Position numbers and translations under genes: made by a program. A DNA stretch of 64,000 nucleotides from an uncultured Verrucomicrobiota bacterium (lineage in GTDB: Bacteria; Verrucomicrobiota; Verrucomicrobiia; Limisphaerales; SXQI01), in NCBI GenBank assembly GCA_964478815.1, contig CAYZKY010000003.1:23442-87441 (forward strand). The letters are read 5' to 3'. Positions within the stretch are counted from its first letter, which is position 1. The number at the start of each line of letters is the position of its first letter. Positions 62,369-64,000 of this stretch are shown here, piece after piece. The notes under the pieces were generated by a model. That model saw only the letters and a program-made list of their open reading frames with translations. It searched no databases and had not been told where the DNA came from.

Positions 62369-64000
62369 ATGCACTTCGCTCCAATCGACATTCCCGATGA
62401 ACTCCTGGACGCTCAGGAACAAGGCAAGCTTGTCATTTTCGCCGGAGCCGGAATTTCGGTGGACGAGCCTTCGAGCCTCCCCAAGTTCTCGGAACTTGCT
62501 CTGCAAATTGCAGGATTACACCCTTTGGCAGCGGACTTCGAGAAATACAAAACTCGGCCGGATCGTTTTCTCGGTGAGCTTCATCGAAACCGAGTGGATG
62601 TGCAGATGCTCTGCCGTTCGATAATCGGAAACCCTGCCTCAAAGCCCACTGAACTGCACCGTTCATTGATCGGCTTGTTTCGCAAACAGGAGGACCTCCG
62701 TATCGTCACCACAAATTTCGATAATCATTTTCGGACTGCTCTCGAAGAGCGAAGTCGGAAGGTTGATTACTATCATGCTCCGGCGCTGCCACTTGGCCAT
62801 CAGTTCTCTGGCTTGGTTTATCTCCACGGTTGTGTGAGCAGGCCCGAACCGCTCGTTTTGACCGACGAAGATTTCGGCGCAGCCTACCTTACTGAGGGAT
62901 GGGCACGGGAGTTTCTCCAGAAGCTTTTCGCTGAGTTCACGACTTTGTTCATTGGTTACTCCCACAACGACATTCCCGTGGAGTACCTGGCCCGAGGGAT
63001 GTCGGGAAAGTCCCTTTCACCTCGTTTCGCCCTGACCAGTGGCGAGGACGGACTCTGGTCCTCCTTGGGTATCCGCGAAATCAAGTTTCAAAAATCGTCG
63101 GGCCTCAACCCGTTTGAACACCTTTATACCGGTCTAAGGAGCTGGGCGGAGTTCACTAAGCAACAGCCCACCGACATCGCCGAACGCGTCAAGGCTATCG
63201 TCTGCGCCCCAGACGTGCTCATTCCGGATAAATCGCAGTCAAGCTTGCTTAAACGTTCTCTGGAGCGCGAAGAATCGTCTCATTTCTTTACGAGAGAGGC
63301 ACGAGGGTGGCGCTGGGTTGACTGGCTGCATGGAGAGGGAATGTTGTCTGCCCTATTTGGGGCTTCGCGGCCACAGATGACGATGCCTCAGCGCCATCTC
63401 GCTCGGTGGTTGGCTCATGAACTTCTCGCTGCCGACTCTGAGGAAGCTTTGTTGCTCGTCGAGAAGCACGCTGGTGGTTTGGGGCGAGACCTTTGGTCGG
63501 AGCTCTGCTTCGAATTCACGAGGAACAAGCCCATCGACTGGAGCAAACCTTCAATTCAAAAATGGCTTCCCCTGCTGCTGGAGGCATCGCCACATGACAT
63601 AACCAGCGAGCTTTCGCGGTTAATCAACCGCCTTCCAGAGATCCCACTGCACCCTTTTCCAATGGCCCTGCTTCGCCGTCTAACCACCTTTCGCATCGTC
63701 TTGCGCAAAGAACCGGACTTTGCTTCAGCCCGGAAGAACCCCGAGTCCATCGTATTCAAGCACAAGAGCAAGATCGAGTTAGCAGTTGCCGCGCCAGCAA
63801 GCGTCATCACTACCGCGTGGAACGAGTACTTCAAACCCCGCCTCATCGAATACTGGAATCCGATCGTGCTGCTGCTCGAAAACCGCCTAAGGGAAGGATT
63901 CGAACTCTACCAGATGGCTGGCCAAGCCACAGAATCGAATGACCCTTGCTGCTTCTGTGGACGGATTTATGACAGGGATAGTTTTCGAGATGAGTGCGGG
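62369..64000 (+). CDS. SIR2-family (SIR2_2 / defence-type sirtuin) domain protein with a large uncharacterised C-terminal extension. The 3' end runs off the window (partial, at least 544 aa).
   Basis: Absent from the ORF track because there is no in-window stop. Hand translation from ATG 62369 is open to base 64000. An in-frame TAA lies at 62336-62338. Motifs are GKLVIFAGAGIS (NAD-binding GAGxS), IVTTNFDNHF, VYLHGC (catalytic His, nt 62825-62827) and TLFIGYSHND. GC is clearly lower than in the rest of the window. Confidence 0.8.
   Translation, partial: MHFAPIDIPDELLDAQEQGKLVIFAGAGISVDEPSSLPKFSELALQIAGLHPLAADFEKYKTRPDRFLGELHRNRVDVQMLCRSIIGNPASKPTELHRSLIGLFRKQEDLRIVTTNFDNHFRTALEERSRKVDYYHAPALPLGHQFSGLVYLHGCVSRPEPLVLTDEDFGAAYLTEGWAREFLQKLFAEFTTLFIGYSHNDIPVEYLARGMSGKSLSPRFALTSGEDGLWSSLGIREIKFQKSSGLNPFEHLYTGLRSWAEFTKQQPTDIAERVKAIVCAPDVLIPDKSQSSLLKRSLEREESSHFFTREARGWRWVDWLHGEGMLSALFGASRPQMTMPQRHLARWLAHELLAADSEEALLLVEKHAGGLGRDLWSELCFEFTRNKPIDWSKPSIQKWLPLLLEASPHDITSELSRLINRLPEIPLHPFPMALLRRLTTFRIVLRKEPDFASARKNPESIVFKHKSKIELAVAAPASVITTAWNEYFKPRLIEYWNPIVLLLENRLREGFELYQMAGQATESNDPCCFCGRIYDRDSFRDECG

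Noticed and set aside
61467-62506. ORFs 61467-61706 (-), 61626-62042 (+), 61933-62142 (-) and 62039-62506 (-) in the repeat spacer. Two of them share the peptide QPLSGLVDxVxVTWG.
   Set aside because: The shared peptide is simply the translation of the direct DNA repeat (copies A and B). The compositions are Pro/Arg/Gly-rich, and 62039-62506 overlaps the SIR2 gene start on the opposite strand.
62663-62965. 100-aa minus-strand ORF with unusually normal-looking composition.
   Set aside because: It lies entirely inside the SIR2 domain coding region on the opposite strand. The plus frame carries the complete SIR2 motif series. Lower GC here makes antisense ORFs look more protein-like.
1-64000. 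Search by eye for rRNA, tRNA, tmRNA, RNase P RNA, CRISPR arrays, IS elements, transposases and integrases.
   Set aside because: Every gap larger than about 150 nt was read. There are no regularly spaced direct repeats with unique spacers, no tRNA-like cloverleaf or T-loop strings, and no DDE or tyrosine-recombinase-like ORFs. Absence is by inspection only. tRNAscan-SE, Infernal and ISEScan would be decisive.

Overview
High-GC bacterial chromosomal segment. Spot counts of single 60-nt lines give about 65-80 % GC in most places. The gene content looks like Verrucomicrobiota or Planctomycetota: prepilin-type H-X9-DG proteins, giant CotH plus lamin-tail-domain exoproteins, PQQ-type beta-propellers. 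That placement is an inference. I call 49 protein-coding genes. Two are edge-truncated ORFs that the supplied track omits because they have no in-window stop (1..2016 minus, 62369..64000 plus). I saw no rRNA, tRNA, CRISPR array, transposase or integrase. Housekeeping blocks: fabG-acpP-fabF, HtrA, tadA, trpE, hisI, a bamD/lptE-like/bamB-like cluster, xylB, glpK, a Fiu/PiuC/PepSY/TonB/ExbBD iron-uptake cluster, and rpoN. Candidate novel or accessory content: (1) A tight minus-strand operon at 5.2-11.7 kb encodes a PP2C phosphatase, a membrane-anchored atypical Ser/Thr kinase, a small 3-TM protein, and a 1195-aa P-loop NTPase. The NTPase has a two-helix hydrophobic hairpin inserted between Walker A and Walker B (KAP-like topology). 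(2) At 34.1-38.3 kb a second, paralogous-looking NTPase is followed, with a 41-nt out-of-frame overlap, by a 718-aa TPR protein whose TPR array is compositionally foreign. (3) At 56.3-61.3 kb, next to rpoN, an MglA-type GTPase sits with several Roadblock/LC7 modules and a divergent response-regulator-PATAN gene. (4) A 1.1-kb repeat-filled spacer is followed by a low-GC segment that opens with a SIR2-family (defence-type sirtuin) gene running off the window end. All calls come from reading the sequence, hand translation and motif recognition. No database search or program was run, so family names are recognitions from memory and need profile searches to confirm.
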